Shown here piece after piece: positions 1-11,774 of a stretch of 53,402 bases of DNA. Under the pieces are notes generated by a model that searched no databases, had not been told where the DNA came from, and saw only the letters and a list, made by a program, of their open reading frames with translations. Position 1 is the first letter of the stretch; each line of letters starts with the position of its first letter. Location: contig NZ_JAAHGW010000045.1 of NCBI RefSeq assembly GCF_010672295.1, positions 1-53,402 of the forward strand, given 5' to 3'. The position numbers were made by a program, and so were the translations under genes. Origin of the DNA: Okeania sp. SIO2G4. Its GTDB lineage: Bacteria > Cyanobacteriota > Cyanobacteriia > Cyanobacteriales > Microcoleaceae.

Positions 1-424
1 GCAAAAGCTTGGCCAAAAATTTTGTTTGCGCAGCATTCCGCAGGAAAAGAACCTTAGAAAATGCCACAGCCAAGGTCAATCTTTGTTTTGTGAGACTGCT
101 GCTTAAGAGATTGGCGATCGCCTGATTATTGAAAAAAAAGATACCATCAGGGTTCTATATAACCGGATTTTATATTACAGCAGTTTTCGAGTTGATCAGG
201 TACAAGGTACAAGGTACAAAGTTCTATGCTTTTAGGGAATAGAGAACAGGGAACAGCAGTGCAACCCCGCGTCAGCGACAGACGCAAGCGGTCGGAATCC
301 GTCTTTTGCTCGCGCAAAGCTCCGCTTTATATGTTGCAGAGCAAAAGGTAAACTACAGACAAAATATAAGTATCTTTGAAGTTTAATAATTACAGACTTA
401 ATAACTGTATTCTATGTTAATGAA

Positions 425-585
425 AACTGCTATAAAATGACGGTTATTTAAGTTTTTATGGATAGATATAGAATCAGAAATACTGGGCGATCGCTCTGTT
501 AAAATTATAGCGTTAGCGGAGCTTTGCGTCAGCAATCGCTCTATTTGCAATGCGCCATATATAGTGTCTTTCCCTAAGTCCTGAC
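425..585 (+). repeat. ~160-bp direct repeat, copy 1 (second copy at 776..935)
   Basis: AAAATGACGGTTATTTAAGTTTTTATGGATAGATATAGAATCA...TAGCGTTAGCGGAGCTTTGCGTCAGCAATCGCTCTATTT...TATATATAGTG is ~90% identical between the two copies. Both end in the GCGTAAGTCCTGA / CCCTAAGTCCTGA motif that recurs at 14988..15080. Confidence 0.85.
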
Positions 586-775
586 TATTTATCAACTCAA
601 ACATCAATTATTATCCAAATATCTAGTATCAGAGCTCAAATATCCTAGGCGTTGGTGATGCGTGGTTATGATTGTGCTTGAATGGCAATTGTCTAACTAT
701 TAACTGAAAAACATTTTATATTTGGCTAAATTTAGGTTTCATAGCTTGATTCACCAACGCCATATCCTACAATTA

Positions 776-935
776 AAATGACGGTTATTTAAGTTTTTAT
801 GGATAGATATAGAATCAAAAATAGTAGGTGATCGCTGCAAAAATCATAGCGTTAGCGGAGCTTTGCGTCAGCAATCGCTCTATTTACCATGCGCTATATA
901 TAGTGTATTTGCGTAAGTCCTGATGTATTTAATTT
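776..935 (+). repeat. ~160-bp direct repeat, copy 2
   Basis: See copy 1. It contains GCGGAGCTTTGCG, whose reverse complement is also present at 310..324. Confidence 0.85.
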
Positions 936-983
936 AATTGCTGTAAATATGTCGGCGACAGTCGAAACAGACGGTAGAGTATG

Positions 984-1388
984 TCAATTAATGTGGATTT
1001 TTTTCAGAGCAGTAATAATCTGACTATTTGCTTGGGGAAATGTAAATTGCTCGATATTATCTAAAGTTACCCACTTAAACTCATCACATTCTATAGTTTT
1101 TGCTGTTCCCCGCAAATAGCGACAATGATAGACATGAAGTGTTACTTTAACTTCAGAATAACTATGTTCTATAGTAATTAAATGTTCTTCTACTGCAATC
1201 TCAATTCCTAACTCCTCTAAGATTTCTCTTTTAATACAATCTTCTATTGTTTCCCCTGCTTCTATTTTGCCACCTGGAAATTCCCATAAACCGCCAAATG
1301 CACCCCCAGGTAGTCGTTTATCAATTAAAATTTGTCCTGCTTCATTCCAGATGACAGCAACACCAATTAACTTATGAGGCAATATCAT
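984..1388 (-). CDS. mutT: NUDIX hydrolase, MutT-like (8-oxo-dGTP diphosphatase family)
   Basis: 134-aa ORF with a canonical Nudix box (GGKIEAGETIEDCIKREILEELGI) and the MutT-like N-terminal 'IGVAVIWNEAGQILIDKR' motif. Confidence 0.8.
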   Translation of the reverse strand: MILPHKLIGVAVIWNEAGQILIDKRLPGGAFGGLWEFPGGKIEAGETIEDCIKREILEELGIEIAVEEHLITIEHSYSEVKVTLHVYHCRYLRGTAKTIECDEFKWVTLDNIEQFTFPQANSQIITALKKIHIN

Positions 1389-1460
1389 ATTTTAATCTTT
1401 TCTATTTCAAACAAAAATCCTCTGGTTAATTAACCAAGAGGACGATCAAAACTTAATTAA

Positions 1461-1802
1461 TTAACCTTCATTATTGCTGATTTGATTTCCTGGCAAAGAT
1501 TTTTCAAATGTCATTCTCTGTTCAGCATTTCTGAGAAAATAACCACTGATCATTGCTGAAGCTAATAACTTACCTAAATTTTCTCTACTGGTTGTTACAC
1601 TTACATTAAATTGTTCTGAGGGTAGATTGCCTAAAAGTCCAACAATGTTTCTTTCCATCACTTGAAAAACTTCTTGAGAATTTGGCTTTGATAATTGAGA
1701 AACTGTGTCTGAACTCATAGATTGGACATATTCCCAGAGTAAATTACTTCCTTCTGAACTTTCTTCAAAAAACTCTCGGGTTTGATTTCTTCTATTGGTC
1801 AC
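1461..1802 (-). CDS. conserved hypothetical protein (cyanobacterial, possibly DUF760-like)
   Basis: 113-aa ORF ending just upstream of the mutT-like gene on the same strand. No recognisable catalytic motif. Family assignment is from memory only. Confidence 0.4.
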   Translation of the reverse strand: MTNRRNQTREFFEESSEGSNLLWEYVQSMSSDTVSQLSKPNSQEVFQVMERNIVGLLGNLPSEQFNVSVTTSRENLGKLLASAMISGYFLRNAEQRMTFEKSLPGNQISNNEG

Positions 1803-3141
1803 TTTACTAACTCCGTTTCAGAAACTTTGTTTATATCGACAAATCAAATGTGGTTGATTGACTTAACCACATAATATATTGGGGTTGTTAATATTCTTAC
1901 TTCCTATAAACTAATGTAACAGCATAATTGTCACATCAAAGTAGATATAACCGAAATTATTACTTCAGGTATTTCCAATGTCCATTATTTAAAAGCTAGC
2001 TTAAAATGTGCGTAGAAATTATGGCAGCTAGAATATTAACCATTGGTTGGGACAAAATTTGCATATCATTTTAATAGGATCTATAAGTATATATTATGAA
2101 TAATACATTTTGAAGCTTTAAATGTCAATATAACTCAAGTCCGACAGCATCGGTATGATCGAGTGCAAGCAATAACAAATTCAAAAAAGGTAGTGACATC
2201 TTAATTGGTAATTGATTCCGACAATAAAAAACCATCAATTCCATAAATTATAAAAATTCAACACTTTTTCCTCTTTTTAATCCTGTTTTTCTTTCCCTGT
2301 TTCCTGTTCCCTATGTTGTGACTGTAGAAATATTTTATGAACTATAAGGAAGAAAGAAAAAGTAGAGATTTACCCAGTTTTTATACAAACGATATCAATG
2401 GACATGATATGATCGATAAATTGATTTAGAAGCTGAGAAAGCTAAAGCAGAGAAAAAGTATTTTATTTCCTCTGCCTCTTGTTCTATTTCTTTACAGGGT
2501 TATTGACATCCTCACTCGTTAAATCGCTCGATTATAACGAGGAATTCCCAAACCTCATGATTTAGGTTTACTGCTTGAGTGGCACTTATCTAGATTGTTT
2601 CCAACCCCCGACAGTGCGCCTACACAGTCAATTTGTTGAACCACTATCTGTAAAGGCGGCAGTAACACCTCAATGACAAATCACTTTTGCAACTGACACA
2701 TGACGCATTATTTCGTGATTATAACATAATTCGGTAGTGGTGTACAAGTAGCAATCTTCTTAAAAAAATTAAGTGGGCAAGCAAATACTATTCCGATAAA
2801 ACGATTGAATTAGATATATTTTCTCTTGCCTTTTGCCAGATGAGTGGTGTTAAGTTAGACTCTTGCAAATCAAGGTCAGTATCTGTTTTTATTTTGGTCA
2901 CGATTCACCTTCCGGTAAATCTAAGATTATACCGAGAGTCCTCTCGCTCCATTTTAGATAGGTTTTGATAAACTCCCGACGCTACACTTGAGCAACAACG
3001 CGGGATTATTCAACCCGCAGAAGAGTTGCAGCTTGTATAGAGGTAATGTCTTCCCCCTATGCCCATTAGTATTCCATATTATGGCTCTCCCATAGGGCCT
3101 TGAATCAAATATTATAGGGTGGGGACTTTCCGCCAGAAAAG

Positions 3142-4098
3142 TTAACTAGCTAAATAATCATTCATATCTTGTTTTCTTTTACGAAGTTTACTTAGAGCTT
3201 CTCTTTCTATTTGTCGTACTCTTTCACGACTAATATTTAGGCGATCGCCAATTTTTGAGAGAGTCATACTTTGTCCATCCTCTAAGCCAAATCTTAAGGC
3301 CAAAACTTGCTTTTGTTGGGGAGTCAGGTCAGTCATAATTGATTCTAAATCACTACGCATGGAAGATTGGAGAGCATAATCTTCTGGAGAAGCTCCTGTA
3401 TCTTCAAGTAGGTCTCCTAACTCCGTATCTTGATTGTCCCCTACTCGTAAATCTAGTGACAGAGGTAAGCGAGCGCGTTCCAAACATTCACGAATTTGTT
3501 TTGGAGTGAAACCTAGTTCTTCTGCTAGTTCATGGGTAGTGGCAGAGCGTCCTAACTCTTGAGTTAGTTGGCGTTGGGCTTTTTTGATCTTATTCAGCTT
3601 TTCTGTAATGTGAATCGGCAAACGAATTGTACGACCTTTTTCTGCTATGGCCCTAGTTATGGCCTGGCGAATCCACCAATAAGCATAAGTGGAAAATCTA
3701 TAACCCTTGGTAGGGTCAAATTTTTCTACCCCTCTCTGCATACCGATAGTGCCTTCCTGTATTAAGTCAAGCAAATCTACATTTCGTTTGATATACTTTT
3801 TAGCAACAGATACTACCAATCGTAGATTGGCCTCGACCATTTTTCGTTTTGCTCTTTCACCTTCGCGAATAATTCGTTGCAATTCATAAGTCGATAATCT
3901 TGTTGCCTCAGCCCATTCTGCTATTGTCGGTTTGCGGCCTAAACTTTCGGTGAGGGTCTTATTTACTTCATGCAAAGCTGTGAAGCGTTGTACTTGTTTT
4001 CCATAAAGAATTTCTTCTTCATGGGTTAATAGGGGGACACGGCCAATTTCTCTGAGGTAAGTGCGTACAGAATCGGTGTCTGAGGTTTTTGTCTTCAT
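3142..4098 (-). CDS. RNA polymerase sigma-70 factor, group 2
   Basis: Contains sigma-70 regions 1.2 to 4 ([17 protein letters not shown]; [41 protein letters not shown]; helix-turn-helix [19 protein letters not shown]). I place the start at the internal ATG at 4098, which has a GGAG-type RBS (GGGAGAAGAG) upstream. The longer ORF reaches 4161. Confidence 0.85.
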   Translation of the reverse strand: MKTKTSDTDSVRTYLREIGRVPLLTHEEEILYGKQVQRFTALHEVNKTLTESLGRKPTIAEWAEATRLSTYELQRIIREGERAKRKMVEANLRLVVSVAKKYIKRNVDLLDLIQEGTIGMQRGVEKFDPTKGYRFSTYAYWWIRQAITRAIAEKGRTIRLPIHITEKLNKIKKAQRQLTQELGRSATTHELAEELGFTPKQIRECLERARLPLSLDLRVGDNQDTELGDLLEDTGASPEDYALQSSMRSDLESIMTDLTPQQKQVLALRFGLEDGQSMTLSKIGDRLNISRERVRQIEREALSKLRKRKQDMNDYLAS

Positions 4099-4862
4099 AA
4101 CTCTTCTCCCGCTAGATATCTCTACTGATAGGGTTTTGAGCGCCCTGTTTTGAGTTAGCAAGAAAAGCGGGCGGGTATTGCGCTTTCCTTGGATTTTTTT
4201 TAAGAAGTTTGTTCTATGGCCATTTGATATAATTAATTTGGCCTACAGAAATTCTAAATTATAAATTTGATATTTCTGAGATTTTAGATCTGGTCAAAAA
4301 ACCAAATTATCTTTTATCTTTTGAATCTATTTGTAAGAATTTGTGGACAATAAAAGAAGTTTTACTATTTTTTGAGAATTTAGATTAGATTTTGACTAAG
4401 ATTCAAGTGCTTTAGTACAGAATCCAGATTGGATTGGCCTAAAGTACAGCTTTTTCGTTTCTTATCTATTCAGATAATTATGATGGCCTTTACACTACTC
4501 AATACTATGTTAAGAATGTTAACATTTATTACGTCTTATGGCTATACCTATAAGGATGATTTTTCAGATGAATGAGTTTAATTACCTAAATTAGTTAAAT
4601 TATCTATAAGAGGGTACTCATAAATTCTTAAAAAAATTGCATCCTGCACAACAAAATCACAAAAATTTTGCAAAAATACTTAAACAAGGTCAAAAAAAGA
4701 GTATATGAAGTATATTTACTTGACTTTTGACTTTCAATTTTAAACTTTTGACTATCTTGAGTATGTCTTTAATTCTGTTTGCATAACATTTCGCAGCGAA
4801 ATGTTTGCTCAGAATTACTTACTCGTTTTTGGCTTCCGCGAAGCGGTTGAGTTACTTAATAT

Positions 4863-5586
4863 ATGACTTATTGCCTTGGTATTATTACTGAATCTGGTAT
4901 TGTAATGGCCTCTGACTCTCGTACTAATGCGGGAGTAGACTATATTTCCACTTACCTGAAGCTATTTGATTTTTCTCTGACTGGAGAGCGGGTTATCCTC
5001 ATCAGCACTTCTGGAAATTTGTCAATTACTCAAGGAGTAATCACTGAACTAAAAAAAAGACTTCAAGATTTCTGAGGATACTAATCTTCATACTATTCCT
5101 ACCCTTTACGAAATTGCTCGCTATATTGGGAGTAAAATTCGACAGATTCAAGAAAAAGACCGCTCTTGGCTACAAAAGGATCGAATTGACACTGGATGCA
5201 GTATATTACTAGGGGGTCAAATTAAAGGACAAGATCCTGAATTATTTTTGATTTATTCTCAAGGGAATTGTATTTCTGCTACAAAAGAAACACCTTTTCT
5301 ACAAATAGGTGAGACTAAGTATGGCAAACCAATTTTAGACCGTGCTTTAAGTTTTTATACTTTTTTAGAAGCTGCTGCTAAATGTGCTTTAGTTTCTCTA
5401 GATTCTACAATGAAATCTAATCTTTCTGTGGGACCTCCGATTAATTTGGTGATGTATGAAAAGGATAGTTTTCAAATTCGGCATCGCCTGCAAATGCGTC
5501 TGGGCGATCCTTATTTAGCTAAAGTGCGAAAGTTATGGGAGGAGTTTATCAAACAAGTTCTTGATGAAATGCCAGATTTAAACTGA
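4863..5586 (+). pseudogene. proteasome-type Ntn-hydrolase peptidase (Anbu/HslV-like beta-subunit family), split by a frameshift in an A8 homopolymer
   Basis: Frame A (4863..5075) starts MTYCLGI, placing Thr2 as the nucleophile as in Anbu/HslV. Frame B stays open from 5053 to 5586. The two join seamlessly if one A is removed from the run at 5051..5058, giving ELKK|DFKISEDTNLHTIP and a ~239-aa protein. Confidence 0.6.
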
Positions 5587-6320
5587 TTACATGATTCTCA
5601 AGAATCTCAGGAAGATATTTTGATTGATTGAACAACACAAGAGAGTGGAGGAGTGGGGGAGTGGGGGCGAACGGCCGTTTGCCCGTAGGAGTACAGGAGT
5701 CAGGGAGTGGGGGAGTGGGGGAGAAATAAACATCAGAATTACCACTTACACAGTACAACGTATTTCCGGAATGCTCCGCAAACGAGAACATCTCAAAAAA
5801 AATCTGCTGAAAGCTGTTTGCGCAGCATTCCGCAGGAAAAGCTGAACGCTGAGGTGCTTCTTTAATAATTTAAATGCTACCTAAGTTAAGCATTAATTCA
5901 TGGTAATTGGTATAAATTAATCGAATTAAGCGATCGCGCAAGTAGAACAGAATTCTATCCCTCTAATATAGTTTCACCCCCATCGCGGAGTGTCTTTTTG
6001 GACGATAAATCTTGATCGTTGGTAAAAAAATTTAGATGCGTTGTAATACTACAAGAACTTGGTTAGGACATTTTTCAATCCTAAAATCCTTTTACAGTTT
6101 GTGATTCCCTATTCCCTGATCCCTACTCCCTAGCGCGTAGGGCTATAATTTTTCAGTTTTCCCCATTTGTGGTTGTCAATAGTATAGTTAGAAAGAATTG
6201 GTTAGGACATAGACTAATGACGAATCTTAGACTAGAAAATTTTTTTCCAACTGTCCCCTGTTCCCTGTTCCCTGTTCCCTGCTATACAATGTAACGGTTG
6301 TTTTAATTTTATTATAGAGT

Positions 6321-7616
6321 GTGATTGAACGTTACACCTTGCCCGAAATGGGTGAACTTTGGACTGAGAATGCCAAGCTAAAAACTTGGTTACAAGTAGA
6401 AATAGCTGTCTGTGAAGCTCAGGCAGAACTTGGGTATATACCTGCTGAGGCAGTAGAAGAAATCAAGGCCAAGGCTAATTTTGACCCAAAGCGGGTTCTC
6501 GAAATTGAGGCAGAAGTCCGCCATGATGTGATTGCTTTCTTGACAAATGTGAATGAGTATGTTGGTGATGTTGGGCGGTATATTCACTTAGGGTTGACAA
6601 GTTCTGACGTTTTGGATACTGCATTAGCATTACAGATGGTTGCGAGTCTGGATCTGTTGTTGTCATGTGTTGAAGAGTTGGGACAAGCAATTCGCTATCA
6701 GGCACAACAGCATCGGGAAACTGTGATGGTAGGTCGTTCCCATGGTATTCATGCGGAACCTATAACTTTTGGTTTTAAGTTGGCAGGATGGTTGGCAGAA
6801 GTTTGTCGCAACCGCCAGAGATTGGTAAAAATGCGTGATAATATTGCTGTGGGTAAGATTTCTGGAGCAGTGGGAACCTATGCAAATATTGACCCACGAG
6901 TTGAGGCGATCGCCTGCCAAAAACTCGGACTTCAACCGGATACTGCATCTACTCAGGTAATTTCACGCGATCGCCATGCTGAGTATGTGCAAATTTTAGC
7001 GTTGCTCACTGCTTCTATAGAACGTTTTGCTGTAGAAGTTCGTAACCTTCAACGTACCGATGTTTTAGAGGTTGAGGAATATTTTTCTAAGCGTCAAAAA
7101 GGCTCGAGCGCCATGCCCCACAAACGCAACCCCATTCGTTCGGAAAGGTTAACGGGAATGGCGAGAATTGTGCGGGGTCATGCCGTTGCCGCTTTGGAAA
7201 ATGTTGCTCTCTGGCACGAACGAGATATTTCCCATAGTTCTGTTGAAAGAGTGATTTTGCCGGATGCTTGCATTTTAACTCATTTTATGCTCAAAGAAAC
7301 TACTAATTTAGTCAAAAATTTGTTAGTTTACCCAGAAAACATGAAGCGAAATATGAATGTTTATGGAGGGGTAATTTTTAGTCAGCGAGTGCTTTTGGCA
7401 TTAGTAGAAAAAGGCATGATTCGAGAGGATGCTTATCAAATTGTTCAGTCTTGCGCCCATCAAGCTTGGAATCAACCAAATGGTAATTTTCAGGATTTAA
7501 TTTGCAAAAATGAAGAAATTAAAAGTAAGTTATCTGAGGCAGAAATTGCAGCTTGTTTTGACCCGAAACATCATTTAAAACATTTGGATGATGTGTATCA
7601 AAGATTAGGTATTTGA
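6321..7616 (+). CDS. purB: adenylosuccinate lyase
   Basis: 431-aa ORF with a GTG start. It shows PurB family hallmarks (MIERYTLPEMGELW N-terminus, the fumarate-lyase signature region GSSAMPHKRNP, and the C-terminal ADSL domain). Confidence 0.9.
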   Translation: MIERYTLPEMGELWTENAKLKTWLQVEIAVCEAQAELGYIPAEAVEEIKAKANFDPKRVLEIEAEVRHDVIAFLTNVNEYVGDVGRYIHLGLTSSDVLDTALALQMVASLDLLLSCVEELGQAIRYQAQQHRETVMVGRSHGIHAEPITFGFKLAGWLAEVCRNRQRLVKMRDNIAVGKISGAVGTYANIDPRVEAIACQKLGLQPDTASTQVISRDRHAEYVQILALLTASIERFAVEVRNLQRTDVLEVEEYFSKRQKGSSAMPHKRNPIRSERLTGMARIVRGHAVAALENVALWHERDISHSSVERVILPDACILTHFMLKETTNLVKNLLVYPENMKRNMNVYGGVIFSQRVLLALVEKGMIREDAYQIVQSCAHQAWNQPNGNFQDLICKNEEIKSKLSEAEIAACFDPKHHLKHLDDVYQRLGI

Positions 7617-8231
7617 AGTTCAATTTTGAGTATGTAGAGATTTTTTTCCTTGATAGTGACTTTCAAATGTTGAGCGATCGAGATAAAATACACCAAGAAA
7701 ATACTTGGCTGTTTTTACAAGTTAGGTTGAATTATTGAAGCTATAACTTACTTATTTATTCATACCAAATTTAACGCTATAATTTGGTAAAATTGTTTTT
7801 GGTTCTGAATTAATCAGTAATTCCAATTAAGAATTTCGGTAGCTCCTAAACTGAAGTTTCTATAAGAAAAAATCTCAATTTGTAGTTCCGCTAACTGCAC
7901 CCAATTAAAGTAAGACCGGGTTGAGCGGAACTATGAGTTTGGTGATAATTAGTAAAAATTAATCACGCGCTAATCACGAAACTAATGCTCCAACAGCAAC
8001 TGGTGGTGCTACTACTGCAACTATTGGAGCGATCGCTAATGCTTTACCAAGCTTACCTATTAGTAGACTAATAAGCTTAAAAATGTAGGTTGGGTTGAGC
8101 GGTAGCAAAACCCAACAAAAAGTTACTGGTTTTGAGTTTGTCTGAATCATGAGATTATTTTAGATATTCGCTATGCCACTACAAATAATTTCCTCAACCA
8201 AAAATTATACCCTGTAGCAAAATGTGCTTGA

Positions 8232-8456
8232 AGAAAAGAAGTAGCAGAAAAATTATCACAAGTCCAGGCAGATTTAAAAATAATAGGATTAGGTTTAAAA
8301 GTTTATGATTGCTATCGACCTCTATCAGTGACAAAAAAGATGTGGGAAGTTTTGCCAGATTCTTGTTATTTTGCTAATCCTGAGAAAGGTTCTCGACATA
8401 ATCGTGGTGCTGCAGTTGTCGTCTGCTTCTACTTGTTCCTCAATGATGCAAGTTGA
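8232..8456 (+). pseudogene. remnant of a VanX-like D-Ala-D-Ala dipeptidase (peptidase M15D)
   Basis: A start-less 74-codon frame encodes VAEKLSQVQADLKIIGLGLKVYDCYRP...SRHNRGAAV, matching the VanX motifs GLKIYDAYRP and SxHSRGxAVD. It then diverges and stops. There is no upstream start and no downstream continuation. Confidence 0.4.
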
Positions 8457-8457
8457 C

Positions 8458-8676
8458 CAGTTTCATAACGTGATGGCAGGTACGAGTATGGCAACGCCGT
8501 TTATTACTGGGTTGGTAGCGTTACTGTTGGAAAAGGAGCCGCAGTTAACCCCTGAAGAAATTAAGCAACGTTTGCATTCAAGTAGTTTTATTCCTGGAAA
8601 ACCTGTTGGCAGTTTCGACCCAAAATGGGGTTTTGGTTTGATCGATGCTGAAAAATTATTGACGTTGGTGAATTAG
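8458..8676 (+). pseudogene. C-terminal remnant of a subtilisin-like (S8) serine peptidase
   Basis: Encodes HNVMAGTSMATPFITGLVALLL..., which carries the subtilase catalytic-Ser motif GTSMAxP plus a C-terminal tail. No N-terminal Asp/His region exists upstream (7620..8230 is non-coding). It abuts the VanX-like remnant in another frame. Confidence 0.45.
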
Positions 8677-9400
8677 TGTATGATATTAATCTTAATTATT
8701 TTAGGAGTCAACTCACCCCTCGCCCCTCCCCCTCCCAGGAGGGAAATTCAGGAGTCAGGAGTCAGGAGGCATCGAAGGAAGAGAATTGAGAAAGATTTAG
8801 CAATGACTAAAGATATAGCAGTATGCGCTAGTATATTCACAAATTGCAGGAACTACCCAATAGATAAAAGTCTGATATAACTCCTAAGAAATAGCCTAGC
8901 TATTTGCTGATAGTATTTCTCACAAACATCGATCGTGCTTGTTATTACTAATGATATTAAATCCGGTTGAATACTTATCATATATTTGGGAGTGGGGAGT
9001 AGGAGAGTAGGGGCGAATGGCATTAGCGAACGCTCTCAGTAGATTTAGTATCCGTGCAGAGGATCGGTTTTTCCCAGGCTGCTATTAAACAAATGGACAT
9101 GATATAAGTCCTAAAATATGTTTAAGAACTTATTAAGAATCTATATCAATAAAATTAAGGTTATGTTAGGTGATTTTTTGAATAAATTATAAATAATATC
9201 ACCCATAAAAAAAAGGATTGTGCATGATGAACATTTCTTGCTACTAGGACTACTAAACTAATTGTTTCTTATATATCTCCTAGATTTTCCTGCTATTTCT
9301 TACTTGCTCTCCAACCCCAACTCAATTGATGTAACAGATACCCCTTAATAAAACTTCATATTTTATTGTTGATAAAAAATATTAATTGTGTTCAAATAAA

Positions 9401-9417
9401 ATTATTGATAATAAAGC
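9401..9417 (+). promoter_or_regulatory. candidate Fur/iron box upstream of the isiA-like operon
   Basis: ATTATTGATAATAAAG lies ~170 bp upstream of the first isiA-like start and resembles the GATAATGATAATCATTATC Fur-box core (TGATAAT). A second AT-rich TTGATAAAAAATATTAAT sits at 9368..9386. Confidence 0.3.
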
Positions 9418-9587
9418 TCAATTATAGTAGTCCTATTTCCGCTATGTAGAAAATATCCAACAGAGCAAAGGTATAAGGAATAATCATCATCAAAATTTTT
9501 ATTCTACTTTGGGATTTTTACAAATTATTTAGGACTGCTATAGAGCCTTCTTTAACTGATCTTCATCAGACTGAGGACCAAATCTCT

Positions 9588-10688
9588 ATGCAAACACTTG
9601 GCAATGAAGAAAGCAGCACCATGTCTACAACTAACGACAGTGGAGTTTTCTGGACACCTGTTTGGCGATCGCTAGGCTGGTATGTTGAGGCCACTGAAGA
9701 AGAAGGTGCAGCTTTATTAGGAGGTAATATCAGGTTCAAAGACCTCTCTGGGCAATTACTAGGTGCCCATGTAGCCCATGCTGGTTTAATCATGCTGTGG
9801 GCAGGTGCCATGACACTGTTTGAGCTATCTCAGTTTGACCCCAGCGTACCAATGTACGAGCAAAAACTAATATTACTACCTCATCTAGCAACATTAGGTA
9901 TTGGTATCGAAGCAGGGGTACAAACAATCGACACCTATCCCTACTATGTCATCGGTATGCTGCATCTCATCAGTTCTGCTGTTTTGGGAGCAGGAGGTAT
10001 CTACCATGCAGTTTTAGGGCCGAAACAGCTTGATGAGAAAGGTTTTGGCTACGACTGGGAAGATGGCAACAAGATGACTACTATTTTGGGTATTCATCTA
10101 GTGCTGTTGGGGGTTGGAGCATCACTATTAGTCATTAAAGCAGTGATTTTAGGTGGTATTTACGACCCACTAATAGAACAAGTAAGGTTAATACAGCCTA
10201 ATCTCGATCCCGTGAGAATTTTCGGTTATCTGTTTGGCTTTAGTCCTAATGGTTGGACAATTACTGGCATGGCTAGCGTAGATAATCTCGAAGATGTAAT
10301 AGGCGGTCATGTTTGGGTCAGCCTACTCTGTATTGGAGGAGGTCTCTTTCACATTATTTCCAAACCTACAGGTTGGGCAAAAAAAATACTAATCTGGTCG
10401 GGAGAAGCTTACTTGTCCTACAGTTTAGGGGCACTTGCGATCGCAGGATTTAGCGTAGCTGTCTTTGTCTCCACTAACGAAATTGTTTATCCTAGCGTGT
10501 TTTACGGTCCTATTGGCAGCGACTCTGTGCGTTCTGCTCTTGCTAGCGTTCATGCTGGATTAGGTTTTTTAGCTTTGGTCGGACACTTATGGCACGCTTA
10601 TCGAGCGCGAGCTGCTACTCGTAAAGTATTTTATGGAACCTTCTTTGACTTTATGGCTAAGAATGTCACACCTATTACACCTGCATGA
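9588..10688 (+). CDS. isiA: chlorophyll-binding protein, IsiA/Pcb/CP43' family (copy 1)
   Basis: Has the CP43/IsiA signature [22 protein letters not shown] and six predicted TM helices. At 366 aa it lacks the large lumenal loop of PsbC. Confidence 0.85.
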   Translation: MQTLGNEESSTMSTTNDSGVFWTPVWRSLGWYVEATEEEGAALLGGNIRFKDLSGQLLGAHVAHAGLIMLWAGAMTLFELSQFDPSVPMYEQKLILLPHLATLGIGIEAGVQTIDTYPYYVIGMLHLISSAVLGAGGIYHAVLGPKQLDEKGFGYDWEDGNKMTTILGIHLVLLGVGASLLVIKAVILGGIYDPLIEQVRLIQPNLDPVRIFGYLFGFSPNGWTITGMASVDNLEDVIGGHVWVSLLCIGGGLFHIISKPTGWAKKILIWSGEAYLSYSLGALAIAGFSVAVFVSTNEIVYPSVFYGPIGSDSVRSALASVHAGLGFLALVGHLWHAYRARAATRKVFYGTFFDFMAKNVTPITPA

Positions 10689-10740
10689 ACATGAAGTCAA
10701 AATCTAAGTTCAATCACTAATAAGAAGGAGAACAACAGCA

Positions 10741-11772
10741 ATGACTGTAGTAACTGATGAGAATCTGCAAATCCCTTGGCGGGCAGGTAATGCTCGGCTT
10801 GTTGATCTATCCGGCAAGCTATTGGGCGCTCATGTAGCCCATGCCGGTCTAATTGTACTCTGGGCTGGAGCTATTACTTTGTTTGAAGTTGCCAACTTTG
10901 AACCCTCCCTACCGATGTACGAGCAGGGCTTAATTGTACTACCTAATCTAGCCCGCTTGGGAATTGGGGTTGGTGAAGGAGGTGCCGTTGTGGATACTTA
11001 CCCCTACTTCGTGATTGGGGCACTGCATTTGATTAGTTCAGCATTTTTGGGAGCAGGTGGAATGTTCCATGCTCTCAGAGGTCCTGCCAAGCTAGAGGGT
11101 ACATTTTCCTTCTTTGGCTATAGCTGGGATAATCCAGGTAAAATGACAACTATCCTGGGTATACATCTAATGCTATTGGGAATCGGAGCCTTCTTACTTG
11201 TGGCAAAGGCGATGGCATTTGGAGGATTATACGATCCAGTAGTTCAAAATGTAAGAGTCATATCAGATCCCACTCTAAATCCGATTACCATTTTCGGCTA
11301 CTTATTTGGTACAGAAGGGAAATTCTGGCTTGCTGGTGTCAACTCTCTAGAGGATGTAGTAGGCGGTCATATATGGATTGGTGCTATCTGCATTTTGGGT
11401 GGTATCTGGCATATTCGCACCGTACCCTTTACCTGGGCTAAAGGCTTATTTGTCTGGTCTGGAGAAGCATATTTGTCTTACAGTATTGGCGCAGTTAGCT
11501 TAATGGCATTTATAGCAACATTGTTTGTGTCTGTTAACTCTCTAGTATTTCCCACAGAATTTTTCGGACCAACTTTGACTCTGGTGTTCGATCGCTTTCC
11601 TGTGTTTGTTAGCTCTGATGGGGCCTTGACTGCAAGAGTATGGTTAGCTAATGCCCACTTCTGGTTAGGATTTTTCTTCCTGCAAGGACATTTATTCCAC
11701 GCCCTACGTGCAGCAGGCTATAGCTTCATCGAAGGCAGAGTAGTCACATTTACAAGAGGTCAAGTAAGCTAG
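10741..11772 (+). CDS. isiA: chlorophyll-binding protein, IsiA/Pcb/CP43' family (copy 2)
   Basis: 343 aa, starting [31 protein letters not shown]. An AAGGAG RBS sits 9 nt upstream. It lies 52 nt after copy 1. Confidence 0.85.
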   Translation: MTVVTDENLQIPWRAGNARLVDLSGKLLGAHVAHAGLIVLWAGAITLFEVANFEPSLPMYEQGLIVLPNLARLGIGVGEGGAVVDTYPYFVIGALHLISSAFLGAGGMFHALRGPAKLEGTFSFFGYSWDNPGKMTTILGIHLMLLGIGAFLLVAKAMAFGGLYDPVVQNVRVISDPTLNPITIFGYLFGTEGKFWLAGVNSLEDVVGGHIWIGAICILGGIWHIRTVPFTWAKGLFVWSGEAYLSYSIGAVSLMAFIATLFVSVNSLVFPTEFFGPTLTLVFDRFPVFVSSDGALTARVWLANAHFWLGFFFLQGHLFHALRAAGYSFIEGRVVTFTRGQVS

Positions 11773-11774
11773 TT

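Noticed and set aside
398-607. 69-aa ORF on minus strand
   Set aside because: It lies entirely inside one copy of the 160-bp direct repeat in an AT-rich intergenic region and has no coding signature.
3568-3889. Plus-strand ORFs 3568..3765 and 3707..3889
   Set aside because: They are antisense to a well-supported sigma-factor gene. These are shadow ORFs.
5549-5845. ORFs 5549..5791 (-) and 5624..5845 (+)
   Set aside because: They are composed of GGGAGTG STRR tracts and short dispersed repeats, which produce the low-complexity translation (EWGSGGE...). They are mutually overlapping on both strands.
6390-6935. Three minus-strand ORFs inside purB
   Set aside because: They are antisense shadows of the purB coding region.
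8680-8880. 66-aa ORF
   Set aside because: It is translated through the CCCACCCCT..CCTCCCAGGAGG repeat and an AGGAGTC heptamer tract (PPPPRREIQESGVRRHRRKR), which is a repeat artefact.
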